64,000 nt of DNA from a virus. A model generated the notes under the pieces. It had not been told where the DNA came from. It ran no database searches and saw nothing but the letters and a program-made list of their open reading frames with translations. The position numbers and the translations under genes are program-made. The stretch covers positions 1-64,000 of IMG/VR virus record IMGVR_UViG_3300045988_135589. One strand, written 5' to 3'. How positions within the stretch are numbered: the first letter of the stretch is position 1; every line of letters starts with the position of its first letter. Shown here in pieces: positions 52,801-60,892 of the stretch.

Positions 52801-53158
52801 CCATCTGATGACTTTCACGGATACTTACCTTCGGTCCATAGGGATTAAGGGGCGGCGCGGCAGGTGTAGCCCCCCTGTAGCTGTTACGAGCCAGTGCCTC
52901 CGAGTAGCTGTTGCTTATCTCCTTGGCTATATACGGTTCTTCGTATTCGGCAGCAGCTATCCTTGATGCGTAATCCGGAAATTTAGGTTGGGCATACACA
53001 CCTTCACCAGGCATATAATTAGGAACCAGAGGTGTTGTCGTCTCTGGTAATGTAGCCGGAGTGTAATTCTCTTCTTCGGCTAATTTCCTTTGCCTTGCCA
53101 CATCTTCGTAAGTGGTTTTAGCAGCAGGATTATATCTATCTATATTATTGTCAGCCAT
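46826..53158 (-). CDS. giant virion-associated protein, function unassigned (2110 aa)
   Basis: Uninterrupted 6.3-kb ORF. It has a Gly-rich stretch (GGLGVGSLGNIGAKLGGRIGAKLAARQAANRGIGNL) and a Pro/Ala/Gln-rich linker (QPAPLAQPAPAAQAAQ). Confidence 0.8.
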   Translation of the reverse strand: MADNNIDRYNPAAKTTYEDVARQRKLAEEENYTPATLPETTTPLVPNYMPGEGVYAQPKFPDYASRIAAAEYEEPYIAKEISNSYSEALARNSYRGATPAAPPLNPYGPKVSIRESHQMGNDGVWRTKYPNYIPGINNEDYYARRQSGWSKFWNGVGKFALKSALYGAQGVVSLPDKLINMASEGSYKAALNTNMDKFVGDLDQQIDMLLPHYYKKEVEDYNFGQKLFKDTGNFLWNDVLGNGMSFTVGAMISAYTTGGLGVGSLGNIGAKLGGRIGAKLAARQAANRGIGNLKSVFNDYVRKGVATGRNVGEAAKTMTLLATSAGFESSVEANSFMKQSESDFKDYYRKIYGRDPNAEEMAVFRNSNADVGSAIFAANMGIVGLSNWLLFGKYIGLGGKAIPGLEKKLNKHLFGLGTEVAKPGEMAIKITNPNIGQKIAGNVFNIMKRPVSEGLWEEGSQGAVQNTAEEYVKSRYDNVAMNGAVDVLDAISEGFKKQYTSKEGWTEIGIGAIIGSLFGMREGFFGVKEYSNNQILLERQVNEYNKASSNLNTAALNTLKKSMSLGPQVRSDAQSMTGKELDDAMFEKMSIDNQMGTLEDSAENFRQMVDMMPISEIAEANGMSLEEAKKYKDSIIDNYNNRLSDFRSAQSFAEDLIGDDSKIEFRKYVARNAFLGLQSESRMKDIASVIETLSGQPRVADALSTFSRLSDRARERAMAIRGIQSRIEELESEIEDLATRPRNVDGKDPQAESIQRKTKELEDLRTNYNNSLSELSTLIGKEFSIEELVSKTESVLSSPLSPISSQDVIEAYDTLVAFDDYFNVKSRQEKEFTAKDKAMRSLVNEYRRSLIDYRNMNNFLSKMLDKRFLAEENRGFLKALSSLWSTPYKEDDKVPDFAEPNKVGEYDTDEVVDQAMSEGKISEDEAWTIKAFMHALDKVREDRMREAEDDIKESPLTESVSDEDYEAAMDNPIMVPAVRQSIIDKLYTGNADPLTAREKDVYDKYKQDFDDYVSSLGDGPVNLIKSLSEKADRLTSPRSVYEDNKAIIDMAKSNLEPDQRKELDDAISSYVDIMNRRDKGEKVDEDKLADSVFTIEDLGQVGNITDLLPYAEQNRIIDKGRISESTLSNFGEDDANIDSLVNELDESDNTPGANIDSAQNPETLMVRRISNDGNERYEIAGLRADKFISSIKSLVPIQISSETNANGTKRYSLNIGGETATIIELPYHARWSIDKESARVLNRYTDVSIQDVGNSYSLVYKRLDSDELVPYRTGVGFGENEVDKIDQEALSSLKKGDKVNLEIDVNDTYNQSLFAEYNDAVQSGDKKRIESAENKLVSNMVIKVMSGNRFVSVVKADTGGIDGISKIRRTAFNKWKKGAGRSATIGVGTHVVAQTLPGRPVFNMKVNGQGYGQVENLPITEKGAEKVSDVGYVLNGKVVLKNGSKYTGFPFAYSILNDKGNNYKNVRVPVVVIKGKNGLNYLFPVSLRSVESEEGQKWMSFIDMLLESGDSELLQMGQDDIQDLNAYLTKLGLDPASYQVSYLNPISGLRKAREAIEKLSTVPDVVKWVEDGSRSVKDIVTSEVESGIDFEGEMFVAPKIRIQFGKSSSRPKSLIEDDLPFSDEGKTVTSKEYVDVYEEEMPEEGAARETQPAPLAQPAPAAQAAQSLPGKKRTSRKNFSLMLNEIESHIEKEGLPPYANIFDFIARKIVGGDLRFLRERGNPKSLKEEMGLEPKGTVGDKISTPSKKGGKTLDEYVSWLRSQTDQVVVDYVGPRSDEQIISELKNFLKYINFVPSKALNYSLRVNGMDTLKEYGTKEEVEKMESDINSLVSKVLPTVDNKTVEDVSTAIKSNNLPAIWRPVESLDMTNEEKIEFLNNVADFLSGIPEYDAVVESIESESDNILNDGKEGSAEGGAVRTEEDGDKKGDGEGKGQSRTNVEVEGNVELPGSTKGEIEKDEPRISEESLTHISRVTSPYFLYGGDEAYTSVPAKVEPIPEKIMGRNGIKFGMSVVELTKLGYKKAGGNWIYKFYMNSGVYDLYNISTGEAFRAKPDLEVKISSSAFIRSLSQSGRKIQNMMSNMSQEEIDRNKNLVKNSDNSDSINELNKEC

Positions 53159-56100
53159 AAATTTTCTGCAAAAAATCGTTCAACTTACTAAACTTGTCAT
53201 TCATATTGGGCGTGATATTTATTCCTCTCATATACGGATCCCTCATCTGATCAAGACGTTCTTGAACAGCCTCCTTCACGTATTTTACAAAGAAGTACTG
53301 AGGACACTTCTGGTGAATGCTATTCCAGTAATCCGCATACTCATCATTACCTGGATCCAAAGGAACAAAATCCGAGAACAACAATGCAGGATTTTTAGAA
53401 TTTTTAGTCCTTTTGTCATAGAAATTGACCGCTACCTCTCTTGAACCCCTGTCATCCATTCCCTCCAACTGAACTGATATGTTATCAGACATGTCAATAA
53501 AATTATCAACAAGGGTTTTAACAACATTCATTTCTTCTGGCTTAAGGTAAGAACCATGAACCTTTACTATATCATAAAGATCATTCTTAACATCAGCCTT
53601 AGAAGCCAAACGGGGAAGACCATTACGTATAAGATACTTATCATAAGAATAACCTTCCTTCTTTCCGGTATCTACAAAATCACAGGTTCCAAAACTTGAT
53701 TTGTAACCATCCACCGGATAATTACGCTCCTCGACCGAAGGATCTATACCCGCCTTAAGAAGCTCGTCATTCGTAATCTCAACCCTTTCTGTAACATAAG
53801 AATTTTTACCGGAACCTACTTGAGCGGTCAAGAATCTTCTAACAGTGCCATTATCTATCTCGGCATCCATATTAATGGCATTAATAGCAGTAGGATCCAG
53901 ATTATTTACCTTTCCTGCCATGTAACCAGACAATCTTCTAAACTGAGCCTTCTGCAAAGACTTTTCCGGTGAATCGGCATTCCAATTGTATCTTTTGTAA
54001 GAATCAAGGTAATGATACTGAGATAACTTATCAGAAATCTGATCAGGAGATACAGACATTTTTATCTCATCCTGCATCTGACCTGCTATCATATCAGACA
54101 CTCTACTGTTTTTCTCAGCATATCTTAGCTGGGTAATAGTTAATGGTTCACCTTCCTGATAATCTTTTAAATCTATATCACCATCCTTATCTATGGTCAT
54201 ATAATCTGATATATTAAAATCAGGATCGCCGTTGAGTTTCTTCATTCCATTAATAAGAGCCAATGTACCAGCAGAAGAACCATTATTCTCGCTTGTAATA
54301 GCATCAGATATGTTTTTCCCCAACTTGCCGGCACTCGCCTTAGCTCCTAATGACGGAGATATAGCACTAAGAATATCTATTCCTCTTGAAGGGTCCATCA
54401 TGTATTCTCTGAACCCTACGGCATCAGATACACCAGTTGTTATGGCTGTGGCGAGCAGGAAGGCTCCAGCCTTATCATCTGTATCGGTAAGATTTATAAA
54501 AGAATTTCCTTTCATAAACTTAGCATTACGAACTTTACTGATAATATCCTTATTTTTTTTAGTAACTATATTATCTATTTGATAATCAGTTATGTTATTT
54601 ATAGCCTTTGTAGCTCCATTTGCCTTAGAATCAGAAAGAAGTAAAGCATCATAAGCTTCAGACAGTCTGTTATTTCCTTGTCCAAAATATCCGTTTTTCT
54701 GACCTCCATTATTTTTTAAATAAGAATATATCCGTTCTTCAGGAGTCATATTAGCATACAATCCTGGGTCAGTTTTTTCTTCTTCGTATGATGCTGCAAC
54801 GATATTACTTCTGTCTGTAGGAGATAATGAATTATATAATTTCAATAAATTTGCTCTACGCTCTGTGGAAGAAGATGTGAGTTGTTCATAAGGAATATTA
54901 GCCAAATTAACAGATCCTATCTTACCCGTTCCAGAATTGATAGCCGTAGGCCCGTCCATAGGAGCCATCGGCACTCCTACACCGCCTGCTCCTCTTGTGC
55001 CTCCGGATGAGCTTTCAGTGCCCATCTTGGAACCGTAAGTACGCATGTATTCGGTTTCAATCTTAGCCTGTGCAAGTTGCTCTTTTGCCAACGATATTTC
55101 AACCATAGACTTAGCATTATCAGTCAAAAACTTTTGCTGAGCCCTATCCTCTGCCAACCTTGCAAAATAAAGATCATCTTTCTTCCTTTCAAAACTTGTA
55201 TTGTCGTATCTCCATGCATCAGTCATCTTATCGAAAAGATTATTGGTAACAACAAAATTAGCAGCCGCTACCGGATCTGATGAAGCTATTATCATATCTG
55301 CCTCCCTCTTGGCTTCTGCTTTCTGATTTTTAGCTTCCTGTATCTGACTGTCAATACGATCAATAATATCCTTATTATCCCCTACTGATTTCCTTTTTGC
55401 TTCCAATGCTCCTATGTGCCTATCGTATCTTTCGACATAAGACCCAATGTATTGACTAACCAAATCCGGATTACTGAACACCGGATTGGTAGCTGCCATG
55501 TATGATGCTTCTATTCTCATCTGATTCCTCATGTTTTCAGATAAGTTAGCAGACACAAAATTCCTTATCTGGGAATCAGTAAGCTCATCTACGTTGACTT
55601 CTATGATTCCACCAGTAGGATTACCTTTAACATCATATTCTGTTGTCTGAATCTTCTTGCCTTTGTTGTTTTTCCTAAAATCACTGACCAGCTTATTTAT
55701 CTCCTTAGTATAATCGACATAAGGAGAATAATGAAGACCTCCCAACCTTGATCCTGCTTTACCATCTGACCTCCATTTGTAATAAGGGTCCAAAGCATGC
55801 CATTCATTAATAGGAGAATAAAGTTCAGGATGATTCTGTTTTATAGATTCTATTTCCTTCATAACCCTCTTGCCTTCTTTTGTGCCGGCAATCGCGTTAA
55901 TGACCGTATCATCTAACACCGAACTTATCTCTCCTTGTATGGCTCTCGTAACACCATCAGAAGAAAGATCCACGCCTTTGAATTTTTGATTGATGTTAGC
56001 AATCACACCTGACATCTTATCTTCCATATAAGCGCGGGCTTCAGGCTTATCTATCTCTTGACTCATAAGATAATCTACCTGGGTATAGATCTTTTCACGA

Positions 56101-56210
56101 GCAGCATCAACCTTCTGCTGTTTGTACATCATGACGTCCTTAACAAGATCTATGTTATAAGGACTAACATACGGGGCATATTGCCTTAAAATACTATACT
56201 GTGAAGCCAC
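53151..56210 (-). CDS. virion structural protein, function unassigned (1019 aa)
   Basis: Long ORF that overlaps the upstream gene stop. Confidence 0.75.
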   Translation of the reverse strand: MASQYSILRQYAPYVSPYNIDLVKDVMMYKQQKVDAAREKIYTQVDYLMSQEIDKPEARAYMEDKMSGVIANINQKFKGVDLSSDGVTRAIQGEISSVLDDTVINAIAGTKEGKRVMKEIESIKQNHPELYSPINEWHALDPYYKWRSDGKAGSRLGGLHYSPYVDYTKEINKLVSDFRKNNKGKKIQTTEYDVKGNPTGGIIEVNVDELTDSQIRNFVSANLSENMRNQMRIEASYMAATNPVFSNPDLVSQYIGSYVERYDRHIGALEAKRKSVGDNKDIIDRIDSQIQEAKNQKAEAKREADMIIASSDPVAAANFVVTNNLFDKMTDAWRYDNTSFERKKDDLYFARLAEDRAQQKFLTDNAKSMVEISLAKEQLAQAKIETEYMRTYGSKMGTESSSGGTRGAGGVGVPMAPMDGPTAINSGTGKIGSVNLANIPYEQLTSSSTERRANLLKLYNSLSPTDRSNIVAASYEEEKTDPGLYANMTPEERIYSYLKNNGGQKNGYFGQGNNRLSEAYDALLLSDSKANGATKAINNITDYQIDNIVTKKNKDIISKVRNAKFMKGNSFINLTDTDDKAGAFLLATAITTGVSDAVGFREYMMDPSRGIDILSAISPSLGAKASAGKLGKNISDAITSENNGSSAGTLALINGMKKLNGDPDFNISDYMTIDKDGDIDLKDYQEGEPLTITQLRYAEKNSRVSDMIAGQMQDEIKMSVSPDQISDKLSQYHYLDSYKRYNWNADSPEKSLQKAQFRRLSGYMAGKVNNLDPTAINAINMDAEIDNGTVRRFLTAQVGSGKNSYVTERVEITNDELLKAGIDPSVEERNYPVDGYKSSFGTCDFVDTGKKEGYSYDKYLIRNGLPRLASKADVKNDLYDIVKVHGSYLKPEEMNVVKTLVDNFIDMSDNISVQLEGMDDRGSREVAVNFYDKRTKNSKNPALLFSDFVPLDPGNDEYADYWNSIHQKCPQYFFVKYVKEAVQERLDQMRDPYMRGINITPNMNDKFSKLNDFLQKIYG

Positions 56211-59065
56211 TATTTGGTCCTCCTTCTTCTTTTAATTTCATCATCTTCTTCATTTAAACTTCTCAAGTAAGGTGTGGAATAATCACCCATATTCATCACA
56301 TCCTGATTACCTTGAACGTAAATAATTTGACCACTTGGAAGCATTCTCATATTTGGAGCTATGGAAGCTATGGTATTCAACGATGTACGAACATTGAACT
56401 TATTCTGTATCTCGCTGTTTATGCTGTCATAATAACGAGCAAGATTTTCATCCCTTATAGCCATAGCCTTCAATAACCCAGATTCATAACGTTGCCTTTC
56501 CGCTATGTTCATATTGTCTGTCTGAACATAAGCCATTTCATTGAATCTATCAGCTTCGTTTATTTGCCTTGCGTTATTGAAATTTACTTCGTTAATATAC
56601 TTGGCTATATTGCTTCCAGCTATGGCGTTCATATTAGCCAGAATAGCAGCTCGCTGGGAGTCGGGTACGTCACCTACTGCGTCTAACTGAGCCGATGTCG
56701 CACGGTTGAGCTCGTTGATATACTGATCAGCAGATTGAAGAACCGGGTCTATTCTCGGAGCCTGATGTCTTTCCAGACCTTCTATCTCCAAGCCTGTATC
56801 GAGCGTTCTCAGCATTTCCGGGAAGATAGGACCGAACGCCTCCGGTCTGCCCTGTCCTTTAGGTCCGTTGTCTTCAACCACCTCCTCTGTATCGGTGTCG
56901 GTTGCAGTCGTAGGCGTACTTGCTTTCGGTTTTACCTCTATCCTTCCAGGAGATCCAATCTTAGGCGGTGTAAGGCCTGGTGCTATGGGACCGGCCTCAA
57001 TAGGCTTCATTTCTGGTTTAACAGACTCAAGAACGAAGTCTATTTCCGGCATTAACCCACTATCTCTTAAAGCAACAAACTTATTATAATCGGAGCCCAG
57101 AATCTTCTTAGCGGCATCAGATTTATCACCAAATAAGTCAACATAATTCTTTATCCCTTTTTCGTTTAACAATCTTTTTTGCTCTGCCGAAACAACATCC
57201 AACCCGTAATAAGAACGGGTGGCTGTTGTTTGACCAAACTTATCATCTACGGCAAATGAATTATAAGCCCGATTACCTCCGTAGCTTCCGGCATCCTGGC
57301 CCCAGAATCCGTACTCATCTCTGAATTTCTTGGCTGCATCAGCATTCGTGATAGCACCTACATCAGCTAACGCCCACAATGCATTTAATTGCCTGTTATA
57401 TCCTTTCTGAAAACCTTCTGTATCAAAATCACCATCCGTATTGTACTTATTAGCCCATCGGTTTACATCAAGCAAATTAGATACCGCCTTATTATTTACC
57501 CTGCCGTATCCTAAATTGCTTCTATGTTGTAGATTCTGATTGGCATTGACACTGGAATCGGGATTAAGAATCTGCTCACGACCACTAACATCAGATATAG
57601 TCATATTAAGAGTTCGTCCAAATAACTGATTGATAAGCTTATTGTAGCCGATAGCATTCTTTCTAAGTTCCTCCAGCTCCTTCTGAGTAGGTCCACCTTC
57701 AGCCATTTTCCTGGTTTGCTTAACATACTCGTCATATATCCAGTTCTTGGCATCTGATTCTGCAATATTAAAAGCCTTGGCTTGTTTCTTTACCTGATTC
57801 AGATCAACAACCCCGCCATCCCTGAAGAAAGCATCCATCTTCTCGTTACGCTTAGATTCTTCCTGTTTGCCATAAACGATTTCAGCGAAAGAACGAAATT
57901 GTGCTTCAAGCTCGTCTATCTCTTTCTGGTTTTCATTGACGTACTTGGAAAGAATAGAAGCATTAAGATTAGATGTATTTTTATCTTTTACATCTTCATT
58001 TTTCTCTAATCTCTTATATACACGCTCCTGATCTTCGTACTTGTCAGCCAAACCGATCTTTTTCTTATATCTATCGAGGAGTGTAGCATATGTGTCTTTT
58101 GACGTCGCCTTAATACCGTAATTTTCCCTTACGTAAGAAGCGAAATCATCATCGATAGTACGATAATCTGAAATAATATGAGCTTCAGGCAAATCAACGG
58201 GAGTGCCGCCTTCTTCATGCCTGTTACCTTTTGCCTCCATAGGGCCAACATCATCCGGAGTCAAAACATATTCTCCTTTTTCTATCTCAACATTAGCATT
58301 ATCCTCCATAGATTTAGGAAGAGGATAAATGTATTCTCCAGTCATATCGGACGTATCCATCTTCTGACCATTGCCCAAGTTTATTCCACCACCTTCACGC
58401 TCCCATCGAATAAACTGCTGCCGGCGCTCTTTTTCGAGCTTCTCTCTCGCTGCCTGCTCGTCCCTGCTGGCTGCATACGCAGCAGATGAAGCCCCCATGA
58501 TATTACGGGTAAGACCTAATCCTAAACTAATACCAGACAAGGCGGCTTGAGCCACGTTAGCACCAACCTTATTACCGGCTCTTATCCGACCAAGGCTTGT
58601 ACCGAACATTTGAGCCCTACTTCCAAGATCAGGCGAATAATATGGCATAGTCATAGGATCCAGAGGATTACCATCTTGGGAACGTTTTTCTTTAGAGGAA
58701 TCATCATCAACACCACCTACATTCATTGCATTATTAATGACTGATTTCTCTACGTTTTTAACCATGCTCCTATTATCAGCGAGAAATCCTGCATATCCTG
58801 CATCATTATTTTCAAAAAACGGATCGGATGTAGGCATACTACTAAATGGATTTATCTCCCCATCCTCTGTTTCTAAAATCACATCAGAAGGCATATATAT
58901 ATTCTGAATATCAGATTCACCCCATTTATTAACAGGTGTTCCATGATCAAGAATAGGCTGAGTAGAGGATACATTAATATCCTGTTTCTTATCCTGTACA
59001 CTACCACCAGGAGCAAATACTGGACGATTTTTTACTATTCGTAATTTCATATCATCTTTTTTCAC
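56210..59065 (-). CDS. virion structural protein, function unassigned (951 aa)
   Basis: Long ORF with a C-terminal basic tail (KRRRRTK). Confidence 0.75.
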   Translation of the reverse strand: MKKDDMKLRIVKNRPVFAPGGSVQDKKQDINVSSTQPILDHGTPVNKWGESDIQNIYMPSDVILETEDGEINPFSSMPTSDPFFENNDAGYAGFLADNRSMVKNVEKSVINNAMNVGGVDDDSSKEKRSQDGNPLDPMTMPYYSPDLGSRAQMFGTSLGRIRAGNKVGANVAQAALSGISLGLGLTRNIMGASSAAYAASRDEQAAREKLEKERRQQFIRWEREGGGINLGNGQKMDTSDMTGEYIYPLPKSMEDNANVEIEKGEYVLTPDDVGPMEAKGNRHEEGGTPVDLPEAHIISDYRTIDDDFASYVRENYGIKATSKDTYATLLDRYKKKIGLADKYEDQERVYKRLEKNEDVKDKNTSNLNASILSKYVNENQKEIDELEAQFRSFAEIVYGKQEESKRNEKMDAFFRDGGVVDLNQVKKQAKAFNIAESDAKNWIYDEYVKQTRKMAEGGPTQKELEELRKNAIGYNKLINQLFGRTLNMTISDVSGREQILNPDSSVNANQNLQHRSNLGYGRVNNKAVSNLLDVNRWANKYNTDGDFDTEGFQKGYNRQLNALWALADVGAITNADAAKKFRDEYGFWGQDAGSYGGNRAYNSFAVDDKFGQTTATRSYYGLDVVSAEQKRLLNEKGIKNYVDLFGDKSDAAKKILGSDYNKFVALRDSGLMPEIDFVLESVKPEMKPIEAGPIAPGLTPPKIGSPGRIEVKPKASTPTTATDTDTEEVVEDNGPKGQGRPEAFGPIFPEMLRTLDTGLEIEGLERHQAPRIDPVLQSADQYINELNRATSAQLDAVGDVPDSQRAAILANMNAIAGSNIAKYINEVNFNNARQINEADRFNEMAYVQTDNMNIAERQRYESGLLKAMAIRDENLARYYDSINSEIQNKFNVRTSLNTIASIAPNMRMLPSGQIIYVQGNQDVMNMGDYSTPYLRSLNEEDDEIKRRRRTK

Positions 59066-59118
59066 AAAGATAAGAGAAACGAACGAGAAAATCCAACGTT
59101 ATGGGATACGTTTAAAAA

Positions 59119-60237
59119 TCAATCATGTACGGCAGACAAACCACCCGAATCAGGATCATACTTAAGGCCGCATGCCCGTCGATAGTTTTTAAGCGCTCTC
59201 TTGTACAAAAACAGCACTGTCTTGGAAACTATTTTCTTCATAGATTTGGTTAAAACCTCTTCTGTTGAAACAGACATCAGACAGCTATTCAAAAACGACC
59301 TGACATTGGAACCGAACAAGGTCTTCACCATTTTTCTAAACGTTCTAAAAAGATATGATGCAGAAAGGGCCTTTAACCCATTGCGAACCAGTCTCTTATT
59401 TAAATACGAAACAGCCTTTTCAGATAAACATAGTCTATTCTTTCCTTCACTGTCTACCTCTGACGAAAACCACGAATATAAAGTGGTAGGATGTTTCTTG
59501 AGATGGTTGATGAAGGAAGTTATAATACCCTCTTTTAAAGCCCTTTTATGAGCTACACATGCAGCAATCTTCTCTTCTCTTTTTAAAGAGCTGTCAAGGC
59601 ATCTAAACACCGTCCTATCGTCTCCAATAAAATACTGAGGACGTTCTTCCTTAAACTTAGCCCGATAAGCGGCATATCCTTCCTTACGAAGCATATCTAT
59701 CTGAGACCGGATATAGAACCTTACACACTTTTCTTCAGCCTCTTGCACGCTTTTAAGATAAGGAACTGACTTTCTCCCATATCGAAGATAATCATAAACC
59801 ATAGCCTCAATAAAGTCATTGTACGGAAAGAATCTTCCAAATCCAAAGTTCCAAACTATGAAACATCGCACTCTATCTTTCCAGTAATCAGATATGAGAA
59901 AATTACTACAATATCTCAACTTCCTGTTTTTCTGATAGAAATGATGAGTATGTTTGTCATAAAATAGATTAAAATATCTCAAATTGCCTAAACACTGACC
60001 GGCTGGACGGCGTACTACGTTATACCCTAAGTTGCTGAAGCTATTGTATATAACTTCTATCGGAGAGACCTGCTCTTTCTTGAAGAGCTTGTCGTGTAAC
60101 TTGTGAGGATCTGTTATTTCTTTTAACTTTGTGTCCATGTTATTTTGTTGTTTTAGTGCAAAGATATGGTTTTTCATCATACGCTCAAAGAAGAAAATGC
60201 ACGGCCTTGTATCCGGTTTGAGAGAAATAGGATACAA
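59119..60237 (-). CDS. hypothetical protein, aromatic/basic-rich (372 aa)
   Basis: ORF between structural genes, directly downstream on the - strand of the structured non-coding region 60238-60892. It contains an HTHH and an FIGDD segment. I could not assign a fold. Confidence 0.55.
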   Translation of the reverse strand: MYPISLKPDTRPCIFFFERMMKNHIFALKQQNNMDTKLKEITDPHKLHDKLFKKEQVSPIEVIYNSFSNLGYNVVRRPAGQCLGNLRYFNLFYDKHTHHFYQKNRKLRYCSNFLISDYWKDRVRCFIVWNFGFGRFFPYNDFIEAMVYDYLRYGRKSVPYLKSVQEAEEKCVRFYIRSQIDMLRKEGYAAYRAKFKEERPQYFIGDDRTVFRCLDSSLKREEKIAACVAHKRALKEGIITSFINHLKKHPTTLYSWFSSEVDSEGKNRLCLSEKAVSYLNKRLVRNGLKALSASYLFRTFRKMVKTLFGSNVRSFLNSCLMSVSTEEVLTKSMKKIVSKTVLFLYKRALKNYRRACGLKYDPDSGGLSAVHD

Positions 60238-60463
60238 GGTTTTTTTGTTTTATGACGGTTTGGATAAGAGACGGGAAAACGGTTCTGAACGTAACCGACT
60301 GACCGTCAGGGGTGGGACAACAAATCTTGAATTAAAACTACGCCTATAAATAGTCTCCGTTTTCCTTAATATTAAGACCATTTTCAATGATCTTACCCAT
60401 TATATTATTTATATTATTTTATATACTTTACCATTTATTCATATAATTGTTTGCAGTGAATGA

Positions 60464-60638
60464 ACTTAACGACTGAAGGGAGTTAAGTGAGTGAACGGAT
60501 TGACAAATTACTTTTTCCGTCTATTGTATTGTTTGCCTAATTGTGTTAAAAGATTGAGTATCGTGACCGAAGGGAACGATGCGAAAGAACATATAATATT
60601 TAAAAACGACTGAACCTATCGACTGAAGGGAGATAGGT
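60464..60638. other. Three hairpins with covarying stems and identical 11-nt loop GACYGAAGGGA
   Basis: Hairpin 1 is ACTTAAC-GACTGAAGGGA-GTTAAGT at 60464-60488. Hairpin 2 is ATCGT-GACCGAAGGGA-ACGAT at 60560-60580. Hairpin 3 is ACCTATC-GACTGAAGGGA-GATAGGT at 60614-60638. A GACGGGC-GTCCAT-GCCCGTC hairpin lies at 60701-60720. Confidence 0.6.
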
Positions 60639-60892
60639 GATGGAGTGACGTTAATAATTATATTAGATAGCCAGTGGAGAATTAGGCAGGCTGGTAGGCG
60701 AGACGGGCGTCCATGCCCGTCAGGACAGTGGAAGTACGTAGGTCTGTTCTGTTAAACCAAGACGATGATAGTTCCATCCTTCACGAAATTGCACAAAAAA
60801 GCCGGATTATCTTGATATCGTTCTTCAACCTTCGGTATCCGCATAACGAGTCTCAAATCCGGCTTCGCTTCATGAGAAATAAAATAATTGTT

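Noticed and set aside
53151-56210. Virion RNA polymerase (DKDGD motif in the 1019-aa protein)
   Set aside because: A single IDKDGDIDL occurrence exists without a second DPBB-like motif or surrounding conservation. It is more likely a coincidental Asp/Gly-rich (Ca-binding-like) stretch.
60464-60638. tRNA genes in the structured non-coding region
   Set aside because: Hairpin loops are 11 nt with 5-7-bp stems. No cloverleaf arrangement or GTTCGAATC-like T-loop was found. tRNA geometry does not fit.
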